Positions 42,899 through 55,803 of a stretch of DNA of 64,000 nt are shown in pieces. Below the pieces are notes generated by a model. That model was given only the letters and a program-made list of their open reading frames with translations. It ran no database searches and had not been told where the DNA came from. Source of the DNA: Eledone cirrhosa (lineage: Eukaryota); contig OZ024743.1 of NCBI GenBank assembly GCA_964016885.1, positions 37,448,001 to 37,512,000 on the forward strand, given 5' to 3'. Both the position numbers and the translations under genes were made by a program. Position 1 is the stretch's first letter. Every line of letters begins with the position of its first letter.

Positions 42899-43482
42899 AT
42901 AGAAATTTCGTATTTCTAAAGAAACATGGTTTTAGGAAGCCGTAGCTATGCAAACACCGGGGCTAACGCCTTCTAGTGGTGTCCAGCAGAAGCAAGGAGG
43001 ACAACCGTCTATGCTTTCAGGCTTGACTGGCCTTCATCAGGACGGTCACTCCCACCGCTTGTGACTGCTGGACTTGAAAACAGTCAAGAATATATAGTTT
43101 TCTTGTCTATTTATACATATTTGTATAAAGCTATGCTTTAAGCGAAATACTATTTCTTTTCTATTATAAGTTGAGCCAACTTATGCAGCTTCATATGCAA
43201 ATGAGATTAATCACCTCATTTACACAGACGAGAAAACTATATATTCTAGACTGTTTTCAAGTCCAGCAGTCGCAAGCGGTGGGAGTGACCGTCCTGACGA
43301 AGGCCAGTCAAGCCTGAAATGCATAGACGGTTGTCCCCCTTGCTTCTGCTGGACACCACCAGAGGACGTTAGCCCCGGTGTTTGCATAACTGCGGCTTCC
43401 TAAATCCATGTTTCTTTAGAAATACGAAATTTCTATGGATATTTGTATGAAGCTATGCTTGAAACGAAATACTATTTCTTTT
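42899..43482. mobile_element. ORF-less fold-back plus partial tandem element, local family H (322-nt unit)
   Basis: 42899-43108 is inverted at 43227-43437. Direct repeat 43117-43160 = 43439-43482. Confidence 0.88.
43288..43331 (+). ncRNA. Minimal type I hammerhead ribozyme
   Basis: accgtc CTGACGA aggc cagtcaa gcct GAAA tgca TA gacggt. Mirror copy at ~43005-43046 has CTGATGA. Confidence 0.88.
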
Positions 43483-43504
43483 ATATATATATTTATATAT
43501 ATAT

Positions 43505-44028
43505 ATCGCCTTTGTATTCATCCTTCCGGAATCCCTGGAAAAAGGTACTGGTAAAACTGTGTTGTTGATTCCAATGTAATGTGTCATTCATATTCCCATG
43601 TCTGCTAACTATAGGAATATCATTGTCATAAGAATATATGATTTTTAGAATGTTATTTCAGAAAGTGAAAAAATGAAAAATTGCTATTGGTTGGTTGGTT
43701 GATTCTGAAGTGCTTATAAATATTAATTGGACTTGTTTGCGATCAACTTGTAAGATGGCACTGAAGTTTCTCGTTTATCATGACTAGCAGACCTTAAATA
43801 AACAATTGATAAAGTAAACATCGTCTAACTATATATGTTTCCCCACCAGGATGTTACGCAATCAATTACCCGCATTATAGGAAAACCAGAATAATTTGCA
43901 TTTTTTAAGAAATGGATCATGATTCTGTGTACGACCTTGTATTGTGTATTGAATATTGTTAAGAAGTGTATCGAAGAGTATCTATCTAATTCCCCCTCCT
44001 TTGATGGCTCTACACCTCTCCTTCCTGC

Positions 44029-44059
<31 letters not shown>

Positions 44060-44534
44060 TGTACTTCCATTTGTATTACTATCTCCTAGACCTAATGATT
44101 AATTGATTAATTTAATTAGACAATTCTATTGATTGGTTAATTATTTATGTATGTTTAATAACGATCTGGTTGAGTGCTTAATTCAGTTTGTGTACGGAAC
44201 TTATTCCATTGCTCATAATTTGAATTTGATCACCATAAACCGGGTGTTAGCTTCCCTTGGAGAAACATGTTCTCTCATAACCGGACTGGCGTCAGAACGG
44301 AAGCCTGCTGAGAAAGTAAATCCTCTGTTCAATCTTCCAGAACCTTAATTTGCATACACCGCAAGCCGATTGTGTAGATTTCGAATTTACAGAAACCTAA
44401 CTGAGATATTGCAAAATATAGAAGTGATGGTCCAGGTTTGTTATATATATATATATATATATATAGTGTCACAGAAATCCTGTTATTGGATTTTACCATC
44501 AATTCCAAGGATCCAGGTTAGTTATATATATGTG

Positions 44535-44565
<31 letters not shown>

Positions 44566-44777
44566 GTATGATTATGTCATTTATTTTGTCTGACCTGTTT
44601 AGCTTGACTTGTTTTTTGGCTTGGGTGGTTTATGCCTTCTTGATCGCCTTCTCAGTTTGTATGGCCTTTATAACCTATGTTGATAGCTCTGGTTTTTTAG
44701 CCATTGGAGCGCTTGTCAGCATGACTCTAAATTTGCGTTACGTTTCGCTTTTTCTACCCGCCTGCGATTCTCGCTGA

Positions 44778-44861
<84 letters not shown>

Positions 44862-44866
44862 ATATA

Positions 44867-44941
<75 letters not shown>

Positions 44942-45142
44942 GGATGTATTTTTTTCTCGCGATTCACTTCTTTCGTTGCTACGCTGCCCGCGGCTGAATT
45001 ACCGGTTGCTATCTTCAATTTGCAAAGCCCTTTAAACTGTATGTTATTACTCAAAGGTTTTATACCTTATTGAGTGCTTGGCTGCACTTCTGAAATTATT
45101 CGTCGGCTTAGCTGTGGCTCGAGCTTCGAATATGCTGTACTT

Positions 45143-45146
<4 letters not shown>
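43505..45146 (-). pseudogene. Scattered decayed PLE fragments (family A) split by microsatellites
   Basis: Minus-strand remnants LDDVYFI, LHWNQQH, MREH and WKYSIFEA. HHR-like TTGAAGA...GAAA...TC near 44958-45022. Confidence 0.4.
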
Positions 45147-45209
<63 letters not shown>

Positions 45210-45345
45210 GCAGCAAGCATACCCGCCGTAAGCAACCAATCACACTCTTTCTCTCTGGCTGGAACACAGCTACATAGCGATTTAGCCATTTTTGAATCTA
45301 AATTTGGCGGGATCGGATGAAAAACTAAATGTCTGATTTTGAGTT

Positions 45346-45422
45346 TATCCCCTGATGAAACTAACTCTGGAATTCCATATTATTTGGATGTCCTAAATAA
45401 GGAAGAAACCATGGTAGGGATA
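45346..45422 (+). ncRNA. Hammerhead ribozyme motif within a non-coding insert (~45207-45695)
   Basis: tatccc CTGATGA aactaactctggaa ttcc ata ttattt ggatgtcct aaataa ggaa GAAA ccatgg TA gggata. Confidence 0.75.
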
Positions 45423-45693
45423 TAATTACGGTATGTGCGCATTTCTTCTAAGTTTAATTTTACTACTAATTGTGTGTGGTTGATGGTATATTTGGTCGAA
45501 GTCTGCATGCTGTCGAAATGTTCGAACGGGGCTGCCGCGAAGAGGCTACGGTCGATTGTTTGTCAGAGATTTCCCCATGAGAAAATTTATTCTTAAAGCT
45601 TGCTAGATTTGATTTTGTATATCGTTAATTATGCTAATTAGAAGAAGAAATAGTATATATTTTAATATCTGATGATTCTAAAGACATGATTTA

Positions 45694-45756
<63 letters not shown>

Positions 45757-45939
45757 CATATATTTGCAAGAGTCTTTAAAGCATTGTTCCGCGTCTCTGA
45801 GTTCTGATTTCAAATCCTACCAGGGTACCCTGTCGATTAAAAGTCCCACCTTACTGCTGATGCAGCCCTCTCTCTTTCCAGCTCTCATATCCAGGATCTC
45901 TGCTAGCGTTTGAAACAAAATATCTACCGAAAGCATGGT

Positions 45940-46140
45940 AAATAATGGTTTCTTATATAGGCACAACTCCAGCAATTTTGAGGGGGGGAAAGTCGATTAA
46001 ATCGTCCCCAGTGCGTGACTGGTACTTTATTTTGTCGACTCCGTAAGGATGAAAAAGCAAAGTTAACCTCAGCCATATTTGAACTCACATCATAAAGGGC
46101 CATACCCCTATGCTGCAAAGCATGGCATCCGACTCTAAGC
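45940..46140 (-). mobile_element. tRNA-derived SINE (longer-tail subfamily)
   Basis: Reverse B box atttgaactc and core ctggtactttattttgtcgac...aaggatgaa. Confidence 0.8.
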
Positions 46141-46277
46141 ATGGTAAATAATACCAAGTCATACATGCTTAATTATGTATTTATATACTTGGATATATAG
46201 AGAATAAGCAAGCGGAAAAATGCATTGACTTCTAAAACATCTGAAGCATCAATAGTTTAACGTTTACCAACAGAGAA

Positions 46278-46324
<47 letters not shown>

Positions 46325-46325
<1 letters not shown>

Positions 46326-47450
46326 TAGCAGTGTATCCCGGCGTTGCACGGGTAAGAACATTGGTAATAGCACCTCCAATGAAAAACGTTTATTTGTGAG
46401 TGCCTGTTCAAAACTCACCAAAATATACCGACAGGAAACTTGTTTTATTTGGAGAAAACTAAGTTGAAAGTACAGTTTAGCTGTCTACGTGCATTGTTCA
46501 TAGAAATATTGTTGAGCCCCTTCTTTTCATACTCCTCTGTTTAGGCCTTTTGGAGTAAATGTGAAAGAGAAAGTTAAGTTGGCAGAAGGTTCCAGTGTCA
46601 TAGCAGTAAGGCATATGCTACTTACCTCAAAATTTCATTCGCACTCTTTCCACTAAGTTACTCTTTCTCTCTATCCCTCTCGGTGCAGTCCCTTGCGAAT
46701 TTCTCGCGTAGGCCTGGTGTAGATTTGCACCCGATCCATCTGCCCGATGCACATGTCCGCTTTGTACGGCTTTTGGAGGAAGGGGTGACCAGCAGTACGT
46801 TGTTCGGTATTATTTCGAAAACGTGTAGCAGAGAATCCCGCGTTAACTAACAGCTCGGGAGGAAACTGCTTAACTCGAAGATTCATTTGCCATCGTTCTT
46901 GTCAATGCTCCGTTTAGTTGGTATTTGTTGGTCTACAGTTAGATGAATGGCGCACAAAGGGTTAATGTTTATTGGCAAGAGGTACAACTGGGCTGGCTTG
47001 CCTCGCTTATATTATATATTAAAATAACAGATTAAAGTTTAACCAAAGAATCGCTGCTTTCACCCTTAACGGGATCTTCTGAGTAAATATTTCGAAAAAC
47101 GTTGCAACCGAAGGAAAACAGGAAGACGATACTTTGGTTCGTGAAGACGTTCCCTGGCAATGAACGGATAATAGCGAACATATTATGTCATCAATGTTCG
47201 TCAGAATGTCGTAATGCAGACAGCCAGGCATACAGACAAATATTATAAGTGCGCTACGGAGATGGATAACCGGCGCCTAACACACCTTTAACAACAGAAA
47301 ATTGAAAAACAAAAGCTGCAGTTAATATCTTTAGACCGCAAGGAACATATAAATGCAAGTTTGGAGTCAATCGGAGTAGAAATGTGGATTTGTATAGACG
47401 TTGCAAAAACGAGGACACACACAGAGACAGTTTTATATATATATATATAG
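46325..47450 (-). mobile_element. Non-autonomous Helitron
   Basis: Minus strand starts TC-tatatata and ends with hairpin cccgtgcaacgccggg followed by CTAG-t. Confidence 0.65.
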
Positions 47451-47657
47451 AGTTTTATATATATAGAGAACAGTTTTATATATATAGATATATGAAAAGA
47501 GTCAGGACTCCAACGTCTGAGCTCCGGTCGTTTCGACTGCTAGATCCGAACTAATCCAGCAGTATATGATATACTGCCGTCGGGATCCTGACACTTTTCC
47601 TATTACCCACTCTGGTGTGTTATGGTCAACCTGGTTTCTTACCACACTTTCTTTGAA

Positions 47658-47692
<35 letters not shown>

Positions 47693-47705
47693 CATACACA
47701 GAGTT

Positions 47706-47804
<99 letters not shown>

Positions 47805-48179
47805 TAATTAGCTGCTGAATTGAAGACTAGAAATGAACTGAGTGAGGCACTTCCCGATGATATTACTGTCGCCCTTTTCGCAGCAAAACTAGCTCCAGTT
47901 TTTCCACAATTGTCTTTACCTTCGTCACTTTACCCATACAAATATCCCTCTGTTCACGCTATACATAGGTTAAATGTTTTCCACTCTGTTCACATTATAC
48001 CCAGATTAAAGGCATACACATATTTAGTCACCTACTCCTAAGTTATACCTATCCACATAAATCTACAACTGGACGTTTGCCTGCTTCTCACAGGGTTATC
48101 AGACAAAGAACATTCTTATATGATGACCCTGTGAGAAACTCCAGGGTTAGAAAACTCACCATTAGCCTTGATAAAATGT

Positions 48180-48223
<44 letters not shown>

Positions 48224-48271
48224 AATGAATACAAGGAGTTTAAAACCGTTAAAACATGTTTATATAACTGC

Positions 48272-48315
48272 GCACCTACGTACGTTTCGCCCGGAATGGG
48301 ATTATCAAGGGCATG
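48272..48315 (-). ncRNA. Hammerhead motif with U3-A8 core variant
   Basis: Minus strand: tgccc TTGATAA tccc attcc gggc GAAA cgtacg TA ggtg. Confidence 0.6.
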
Positions 48316-48898
48316 GAAAACAAATAAATGATCAATACACGACCCAGGAGGGTTTTCACGGTTAAATTAACATCAGAGTTCATTCTTCGCCTCCGTGCAT
48401 GTGCTGTTATTATCGCAGAGCTGGGGGAGTAACTCAGACCTGTGTTCAAACAATCTAGTCCCACTTTGTTTTTTATACCTGTTCATATGATGGTGTTTTG
48501 CATTTTTATATTACGGGTGTTGTTTCACTAGTGCCAGTTCAAGTCGGGTCTGAGATGTACATTTATTATTTAGTGGGTGTTGCTTCACTAATGCTTGTTC
48601 GAGCAGGGTCTGCGATGTACATTTGGTTCACAGATGTTTGTTTATACCGCCTGCCCACCGGGGTGTTATGGTTAAGGCAGGGAACTCAGTTTATAGTTTT
48701 CTTTTATAATCGCTATCATCAGATAACATATGAAGTGTGTTTTATAAATTTTGACATAACCAAGGAGAATATACCTTAACGGTTCAAGTTATACTTGGAT
48801 AGTGAAGGGATAAGAGAAGAAAGTCAGATATTTCAAATTATTAAGATGAGTATGCGTCTTAAATAACGTTTTTTTTCAGCCCTTTTACCTAAACCTCA

Positions 48899-49667
48899 TA
48901 GTTAACGTAAGATGTGGGAAAAATAATTCAAACTCAATTCAAAAAGAATCAGGATATAGATTCATCCAACAGAATTTAGTGAAATTCAGGGAAAAATCAA
49001 TGGAGCCTTAACTCATGATAATAAAGTTTAAAATACTCATCCTTCAGTTTGGAGAAACTACAAATGCTCTGTATAGTCTTAAAAAGACTATTTCACGAAA
49101 CATTCAGCAGGGATGGTCACGGTTGGATTCGATCATCAGCAGAGCTCAACACGATAACCAAAATCTCACTGATTATAATATGCCAAAAAGGGAATTTAAA
49201 AGCAGGCTAGTTCGACATCATGCGTAATTATGAAAATAAAACGCACATGTGGAGACAGGACTGGTGACGTCAGAATGTTTGTTTACACGAAATAACAGTC
49301 AAAAACATTCCGAAAAAAACTCTACAATAAGGAGTTCAGCAAAAAGCAATATTATCGCGGTTTAAAAAAAAAAAGACCGGGCTTAGTCACAAATAATTTA
49401 AGCACTCTAGGAAAGAAATCCGAGTATAAATATAAATGAAAAGTATAGAAATAATTTTGACAAGAAACACACAGTATTTCATAATACATAAGTGACTATA
49501 GCGTCAAAACAGGAAAATAGTTAACGTAAGATGTCGGAAAAATAATTCAAACTCAATTCAAAAAGAATCAGGATATAGATTCATCCAACAGATTTAGTGA
49601 AATTCAGGGAAAAATCAATAGAGCCTTAACTCATGATAAAATAAAGTTTAAAATACTCATCCTTCAA
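48899..49667. repeat. ~150-bp direct repeat spaced ~620 bp apart
   Basis: agttaacgtaagatgt...aaatactcatccttca at ~48899-49045 and ~49518-49667. Confidence 0.8.
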
Positions 49668-49695
49668 AATACTCATCCTTCATATGTATACATAT

Positions 49696-49726
<31 letters not shown>

Positions 49727-49741
49727 CTCATCCTTCATATG

Positions 49742-49799
<58 letters not shown>

Positions 49800-49806
<7 letters not shown>

Positions 49807-50103
49807 GGAAAAAATGAAACGAAATTTCATTTCTCACTCTTAGTACGGCTGTTATTTAAATATAAGTATGTATACGTACATACATATATGTATACATACG
49901 TACATTAGTATGTATATATATATATATATATATATATACATACTAGCACACATATATATATATATGTGCGTATGGATTCACCGAACATTTATTATAATGC
50001 TCGGTGTGTTTGTAAACAAACATCCTGAATTAAGCCGTACAGTGTCTAGCAACCATCGTTGCTCATTTGTTCAACACTGACAAAGGAACGTTGTACTAGT
50101 TTC
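49800..50103 (-). repeat. Diverged family G copy truncated inside the HHR
   Basis: Matches 38448-38710 and ends at gtactagtttc. Confidence 0.8.
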
Positions 50104-50147
50104 GGGAGATGACCCCTTAGCCTTTGTCAAGGCAGAATTCTAGGAGA

Positions 50148-50511
50148 AGGAAAACTCTGATATAACACCTGCAGCCCTGATGGTATCCAATGATGTTGAC
50201 TCGTTCTTCTTTTTGGTAAATATCATCTTGGTTAAGAGAGTGGGACTGGGTTTGTGCCTTGCCTTTGCTCACTATAAAAGCTTCACGGCACAGGCATTGC
50301 TTTATATCTGGAGATCTCTCTGCACTTGTCGTCACATGGTACCATGGGCCCTGCACTGTGTCAATAATTGTCATAAGTGTAGTGTTTGTACCAGAGTTTT
50401 CAAGTCGCTGGCTGGACTTAAAAGTCACACTCGTTCAGCGCATCGGTAGGGGTTCTCCTACATGGATATAAAGTAGTGGCCGTGTTCGAAAACGAGTTGG
50501 CAGCCACCATG
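50148..50511 (+). mobile_element. RTE-like composite retroposon, second copy
   Basis: Near-identical to 10871-11236. Confidence 0.7.
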
Positions 50512-51181
50512 TGAGTGTATATATATGTGTATATATGTGTGTGTATATATATGTATGTGTGTATGTATATATATATATATATATATGTGTATATATATAT
50601 ATATATATATGTGTGTGTATATATATGTATATAAATATATTTATATATGTGTGTGTGTTTTTATGTGTGTGTATGTGTATGTGTGTTTATGGTTGCGCGC
50701 GAGTGTGTGAGTGAGTGTGTTTTTTTGTGAATGTGTCTGTTGATTTTTGGCATATAGTTGATTAGTTTAAGAGAAGTTCGAAGATAATTGTAAGATATGC
50801 ACTCAGTATTTTGAATCTGTCTACAGAATTCTCTAAACCTTTGTCACTTAGTAGAACCTTAATGAATTTAGCTTTTAAAGAATCTCCCTTTCCTTTAATT
50901 CTATCTACCATGACTGACCCCCCACTGATCTTATAGACATCTGTTAGCTTACGAGAAACTTAATGACAATGAATGGTATGCCATCCGGAACCTGTTTATA
51001 GAATTCTGTCTGCCTTTGTTACTCTAAAAACAAAAATTAATAAAAATAAACTATAGCTTTGTAGAATTAGCTTTTAATGAATTCCCTTTTCTATCAACCA
51101 ATGACCTACACCCATCCCACTCCCCACCCTCTCCTACCACTTGTAGAGACCTATAAATACCATATTTATTTTTTGATACCC

Positions 51182-51232
51182 AGATTCCTGATGATTTCTA
51201 AAGAATGAAACAGTTCTAGTCCTGTAGAATCT
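51182..51232 (+). ncRNA. Hammerhead ribozyme motif (family C)
   Basis: agattc CTGATGA tttc taaa gaat GAAA cagttctag TC ctgta gaatct. Confidence 0.7.
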
Positions 51233-51246
51233 CATCTATATTAAAA

Positions 51247-51304
<58 letters not shown>

Positions 51305-51597
51305 TCTAAAATCTGTCTCAAGCCAGTAGGCTCATCAGGCCGGTGCTTACCCCGGTTTCGATGACAGGCTTAAACTCCCAGCTACTGCTGTTACTCATTT
51401 TCAGTTGAGTATACTGGAGCAACGTGAAATGAAGTGTTTTGCTCAAGAAGACAACACACAACTCAGGCCAGTAATTGAACCCTCATCGTTATGATCATAA
51501 ATCTAACATACTTACAACTAGGCCACGCGCTTCCATATATCTGTTTATCTGTATCTATATATTACTCTCTCTCTCACACTCACTCTCTCTCTCTATC

Positions 51598-51674
<77 letters not shown>

Positions 51675-52070
51675 ATACTTTGGGAGGGTCATGTTGCCAA
51701 TAAGAAACACACGCACCAGTTGCTTTCACTTCAATTTATATATTTATAAATTTACAAATCTACAAACCTATAAATTTCTGGTTGGTTGGTTGGTTCCACA
51801 ACCAGATAGTTGTTTATATATGGTCATAGTCCTTTCGTCACACACTCTGTGACCTCTTCAGTGACTGGGGATTCCTTTCTTTGTTTCTGTGCCTTTCCTT
51901 TCTTCTGTCCTACGCCATTTTGTTTCTGTGTGTGTGTTGTGTGCTCAGTTTGCGCATGCGCCACATCCGAGTGTCTGTGTGTGTTTGTGTTCATTTATCT
52001 ATTTGTTTATTTATTTACATGTTGTTGGTTGGTTGTTTGATCTATGTGTGTGTGTGTTTTCATTTTGTCC

Positions 52071-53628
52071 TTAATTGTAAGTTGTGATGTTGCTGTTCCA
52101 CTCATATTTTCTATTTAATTTTGGTTGTAATTCTTTTATACTTACTGCCTCTGTAATTTGCCTAAACATTGCATCTTTTCTGTGTGTGGATTCTATTTTT
52201 ATTTCTATGTTCTCTAATTTACCCTTGTGTTCTATCTTAGCATGTTGGTAGAGTACAGATGATTCTTTATTATCTTGAAGGTCTCGCCAGTGTTCATTTA
52301 TCCGTTCCCCTATACTACGAGCTGTCTCACCTATGTACTCTATATTTTTGTTTCTACATTGTCCTTCAGTACATCTTATGCTATACACTACATTTCTTGT
52401 TTTACAGTTAATATGGGGGCTTATTTTACAGGTTATACATTTCTTATCTATACATGAGGGTCTTTGGAACGAGTATGTCTTGCTAATAAGTGTTTTTACG
52501 GAGGTACCTGGTCTTTCTACTATCTTAATATTGAGTTTATGTTTATTTAGGGCCCTTCTAAATTTGTAGGCTAGTCCGCCTCTAGGGGTTGTATTGATGA
52601 ACATTACACTCTGGTATTTATTGCTATCATACCATGAGTTTATTCTATTGGCCTTGTTCCTAGTTCTTTCTATTCTATTCCAAAATTTGCTCCTATACAA
52701 GGGGCAGGTCCCATTTATGTCATTATTTACCATTTTTTCCCATTTGGTTCTGGCTCCTCTATACACTCTGATTCTATCTCTCTGATTGTAGCCAGAGAAC
52801 TGCATACGGTGGATGAAGTGTTGTATGTGTCTCTCTAGTTCTTCGGGGTTGCACATGCGGGACACATTTCTCATCACCCGTACCAAATCCGCAATCAGTA
52901 TGTTGATTTTTGTATGGTCCGAAATGGCCGAGTTTCGGTGGATCAGATGTTTGGAAGTCATGGGTTTGGCATAATGGGAATGGAGGATTTGTTTTTGGTT
53001 GTTAATGGTATCTAACCAGAGCTTTGTGTCTAGTACAGGTAATCGATGGTTGGGGTGTCTACTTGGGTAGTCTATAGTAACTCTAATGCTCTGGTGGATG
53101 GAGTTTGCTATTTGCTGGATGCTTTCCATTGTGTTTTTCTCTAGTTCCTGACTGTTCTCTAGTGGGGGTGTCTTAACTACGATGTTTATATCATCTACGT
53201 AGCGGGAGTACATTACCAGGGTTAAGCTGTCTTCTAATTGTTTTTTAAGTTTAAGTTTAAGTCTACTGTCCCACCATACCATGAATAAGTTAGCTATGTC
53301 GCCTGCAATGCTAACACCAATGGCTGCTCCTTCCTCTTGGGCATATGTTTTTCCATTAAATTTGAACATATGTTCCTTAAGGGTTAATTTTATGCTGGCC
53401 CCTACCGCATGTGCAATCATTTTCTTCAGTTCATCGTGGTTTTCGGGTGTCTGTATGGCTCTGGTCCACCCGTTCCATCTATCTGTGTGGGTTTTCTTGG
53501 CCATAGAGGTAATGGTAGGTGGTCTGCCTCTTGCTGGTCTTGTAGGGCACAGGTTGCTAAGGCCATAAGTGTCTAGGTAACTATTACTATGGGTAAGCTT
53601 AAGTAGAAGTCCCAGCTCACTGGTATCA
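52071..53628 (-). CDS. PLE RT + GIY-YIG, 5'-truncated
   Basis: YAQEEGAAIG...IANLFM, YSRYVDD, LPVLD, CIDKKCITC, NVVY...C...YIGETARS...ERINEH, ITEA...PKLN. The annotated ORF start (53759) lies in the inverted arm. Confidence 0.93.
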
Positions 53629-53630
53629 AT

Positions 53631-54501
53631 CCACCGAAACTCGGCCATTTCGGACCATACAAAAATCAACATACTGATTGCGGATTTGGTACGGGTGATG
53701 AGAAATGTGTCCCGCATGTGCAACCCCGAAGAACTAGAGAGACACATACAACACTTCATCCACCGTATGCAGTTCTCTGGCTACAATCAGAGAGATAGAA
53801 TCATAGTGTATAGAGGAGCCAGAACCAAATGGGAAAAAATGGTAAATAATGACATAAATGGGACCTGCCCCTTGTATAGGAGCAAATTTTGGAATAGAAT
53901 AGAAAGAACTAGGAACAAGGACAATAGAATAAACTCATGGTATGATAGCAATAAATACCAGAGTGTAATGTTCATCAATACAACCCCTAGAGGCGAACTA
54001 GCCTACAAATTTAGAAGGGCCCTAAATAAACATAAACTCAATATTAAGATAGTAGAAAGACCAGGTACCTCCGTAAAAACACTTATTAGCAAGACATACC
54101 CGTTCCAAAGACCCTCATGTATAGATAAGAAATGTATAACCTGTAAAATAAGCCCCCATATTAACTGTAAAACTAGAAATGTAGTGTATAACATAAGATG
54201 TACTGAAGGACAATGTAGAAACAAAAATATAGTGTACATAGGTGAGACAGCTCGTAGTATAGGGGAACGGATAAATGAACACTGGCGAGACCTTCAAGAT
54301 AATAAAGAATCATCTGTACTCTACCAACATGCTATGATAGAACACAAGGGTAAATTAGAGAACATAGAAATAAAAATAGAATCCACACACAGAAAAGATG
54401 CAATGTTTAGGCAAATTACAGAGGCAGTAAGCATAAAAGAATTACAACCAAAATTAAATAGAAAATATGAGTGGAACAGCAACATCACAACTTACAATTA
54501 A
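53631..54501 (+). CDS. Inverted copy of the PLE thumb + GIY-YIG domain
   Basis: The 271-aa ORF differs from the minus-strand copy at 7 residues. Confidence 0.9.
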
Positions 54502-54705
54502 GGACAAAATGAAAACACACACACACATAGAACAAACAACCAACCAACAACATGTAAATAAATAAACAAATAGATAAATGAACACAAACACACACAGACA
54601 CCCGGATGTGGCGCATGCGCAAACTGAGCACATAACACACACACAGAAACAAAATGGCGTAGGACAGAAGAAAGGAAAGGCACAGAAACAAAGAAAGGAA
54701 TCCCC

Positions 54706-54750
54706 AGTCACTGAAGAGGTCACAGAGTGTGTGACGAAAGGACTATGACT
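54706..54750 (+). ncRNA. Minimal type I hammerhead ribozyme in the pLTR
   Basis: agtca CTGAAGA g gtcac agagtgt gtgac GAAA ggac TA tgact. Mirror copy at ~51823-51865. Confidence 0.8.
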
Positions 54751-54951
54751 ATATATAAACAACTATCTGGTTGTGGAACCAACCAACCAACCAGAAATTT
54801 ATAGGTTTGTAGATTTGTAAATTTATAAATTTATAAATATATAATAAATTGAAGTGAAAGCAACTGGTGCGTGTGTTTCTTATTGGCAACATGACCCTCC
54901 CAAAGTATAACAATATATATATATATATAAAAAAGAAAGTGTGGTAAGGAA

Positions 54952-55004
<53 letters not shown>

Positions 55005-55013
55005 TGTATGTAT

Positions 55014-55100
<87 letters not shown>

Positions 55101-55299
55101 TGTGTGTGTGTGTGTTTACTTATAGCGAGTTTCTGCAGTCTTAGTCTACCAAATCCCACTCAACCCGAAACTGCAATAAAGGACACTTGTCCAATATATA
55201 GCATAATGGTACCGATCACAGAGCAATGTGGGTACGAGGCAAACTTCATTATCATACCGCCATATTTGTGCCTAATTAATAGTGAATTTTAATTTATGC

Positions 55300-55701
55300 A
55301 CAAGGCCAACAATTTTTTTGTGTGGGGAAAGTCGATTATATAGACTCCAGTGCATTTGTGGTATCTTATTTTATTGACTCCTTAAAGATGAGAGTCAAAA
55401 CTAACTTCGGTTGGATTTTAACTAAGAATGTAAAGGGCGGTAACTTTATGCCAGAAATCATTTGTTCGACGCTTCATCGATGCTCTCAATGCACCGCCCT
55501 TTTGCCAAATTAATAGTTGTTTCTACTTTTGGTACAAGGCATTATATACAGTGCATTATTGGTACTTTATTTTATCGACCCCGTAAGGATGAAAGGCAAA
55601 GTTAACCTCGCGGGGATTTGAACCCAGATCATAAAGGGCCGTAACTCTATGCTGCAAAACATGGTGTCCGTCTCTCCGCCGGTACTGCCAATTCACCGCC
55701 C
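55300..55701 (-). mobile_element. Two adjacent tRNA-derived SINEs
   Basis: A diverged copy at ~55300-55500 and a younger copy at ~55513-55701 with the standard core. Confidence 0.8.
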
Positions 55702-55745
55702 TTTTCTTTGCCAAATTAATAATAATAAGAGATAAGAGAAATAAC

Positions 55746-55803
55746 GTGTGTCTACCACTCAGATTGACATTTTAAAAAATGTCAATCTGAGTGGTAGACA
55801 CAC
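55746..55803. repeat. Near-perfect 58-bp palindrome
   Basis: gtgtgtctaccactcagattgacatttt-aa-aaaatgtcaatctgagtggtagacacac. Confidence 0.9.

Larger units (their letters stand above)
51670..54914. mobile_element. Young head-to-head PLE pair (Neptune/Nematis-like linker)
   Basis: 51670-52943 is inverted at 53629-54914. Both 3' ends (cccaaagtataacaatat) run into (TA)n. Confidence 0.95.

Noticed and set aside
50380-50449. C2H2 zinc-finger host gene
   Set aside because: A single finger at the end of a repeated RTE-like tail.
53629-53759. N-terminus of the 562-aa ORF (MKCCMC...)
   Set aside because: It is the antisense of the inverted arm, read through the junction by chance.
52071-54501. A-to-I editing signature between the two arms
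   Set aside because: The roughly nine differences are mixed transitions and transversions with no clear A/G bias.
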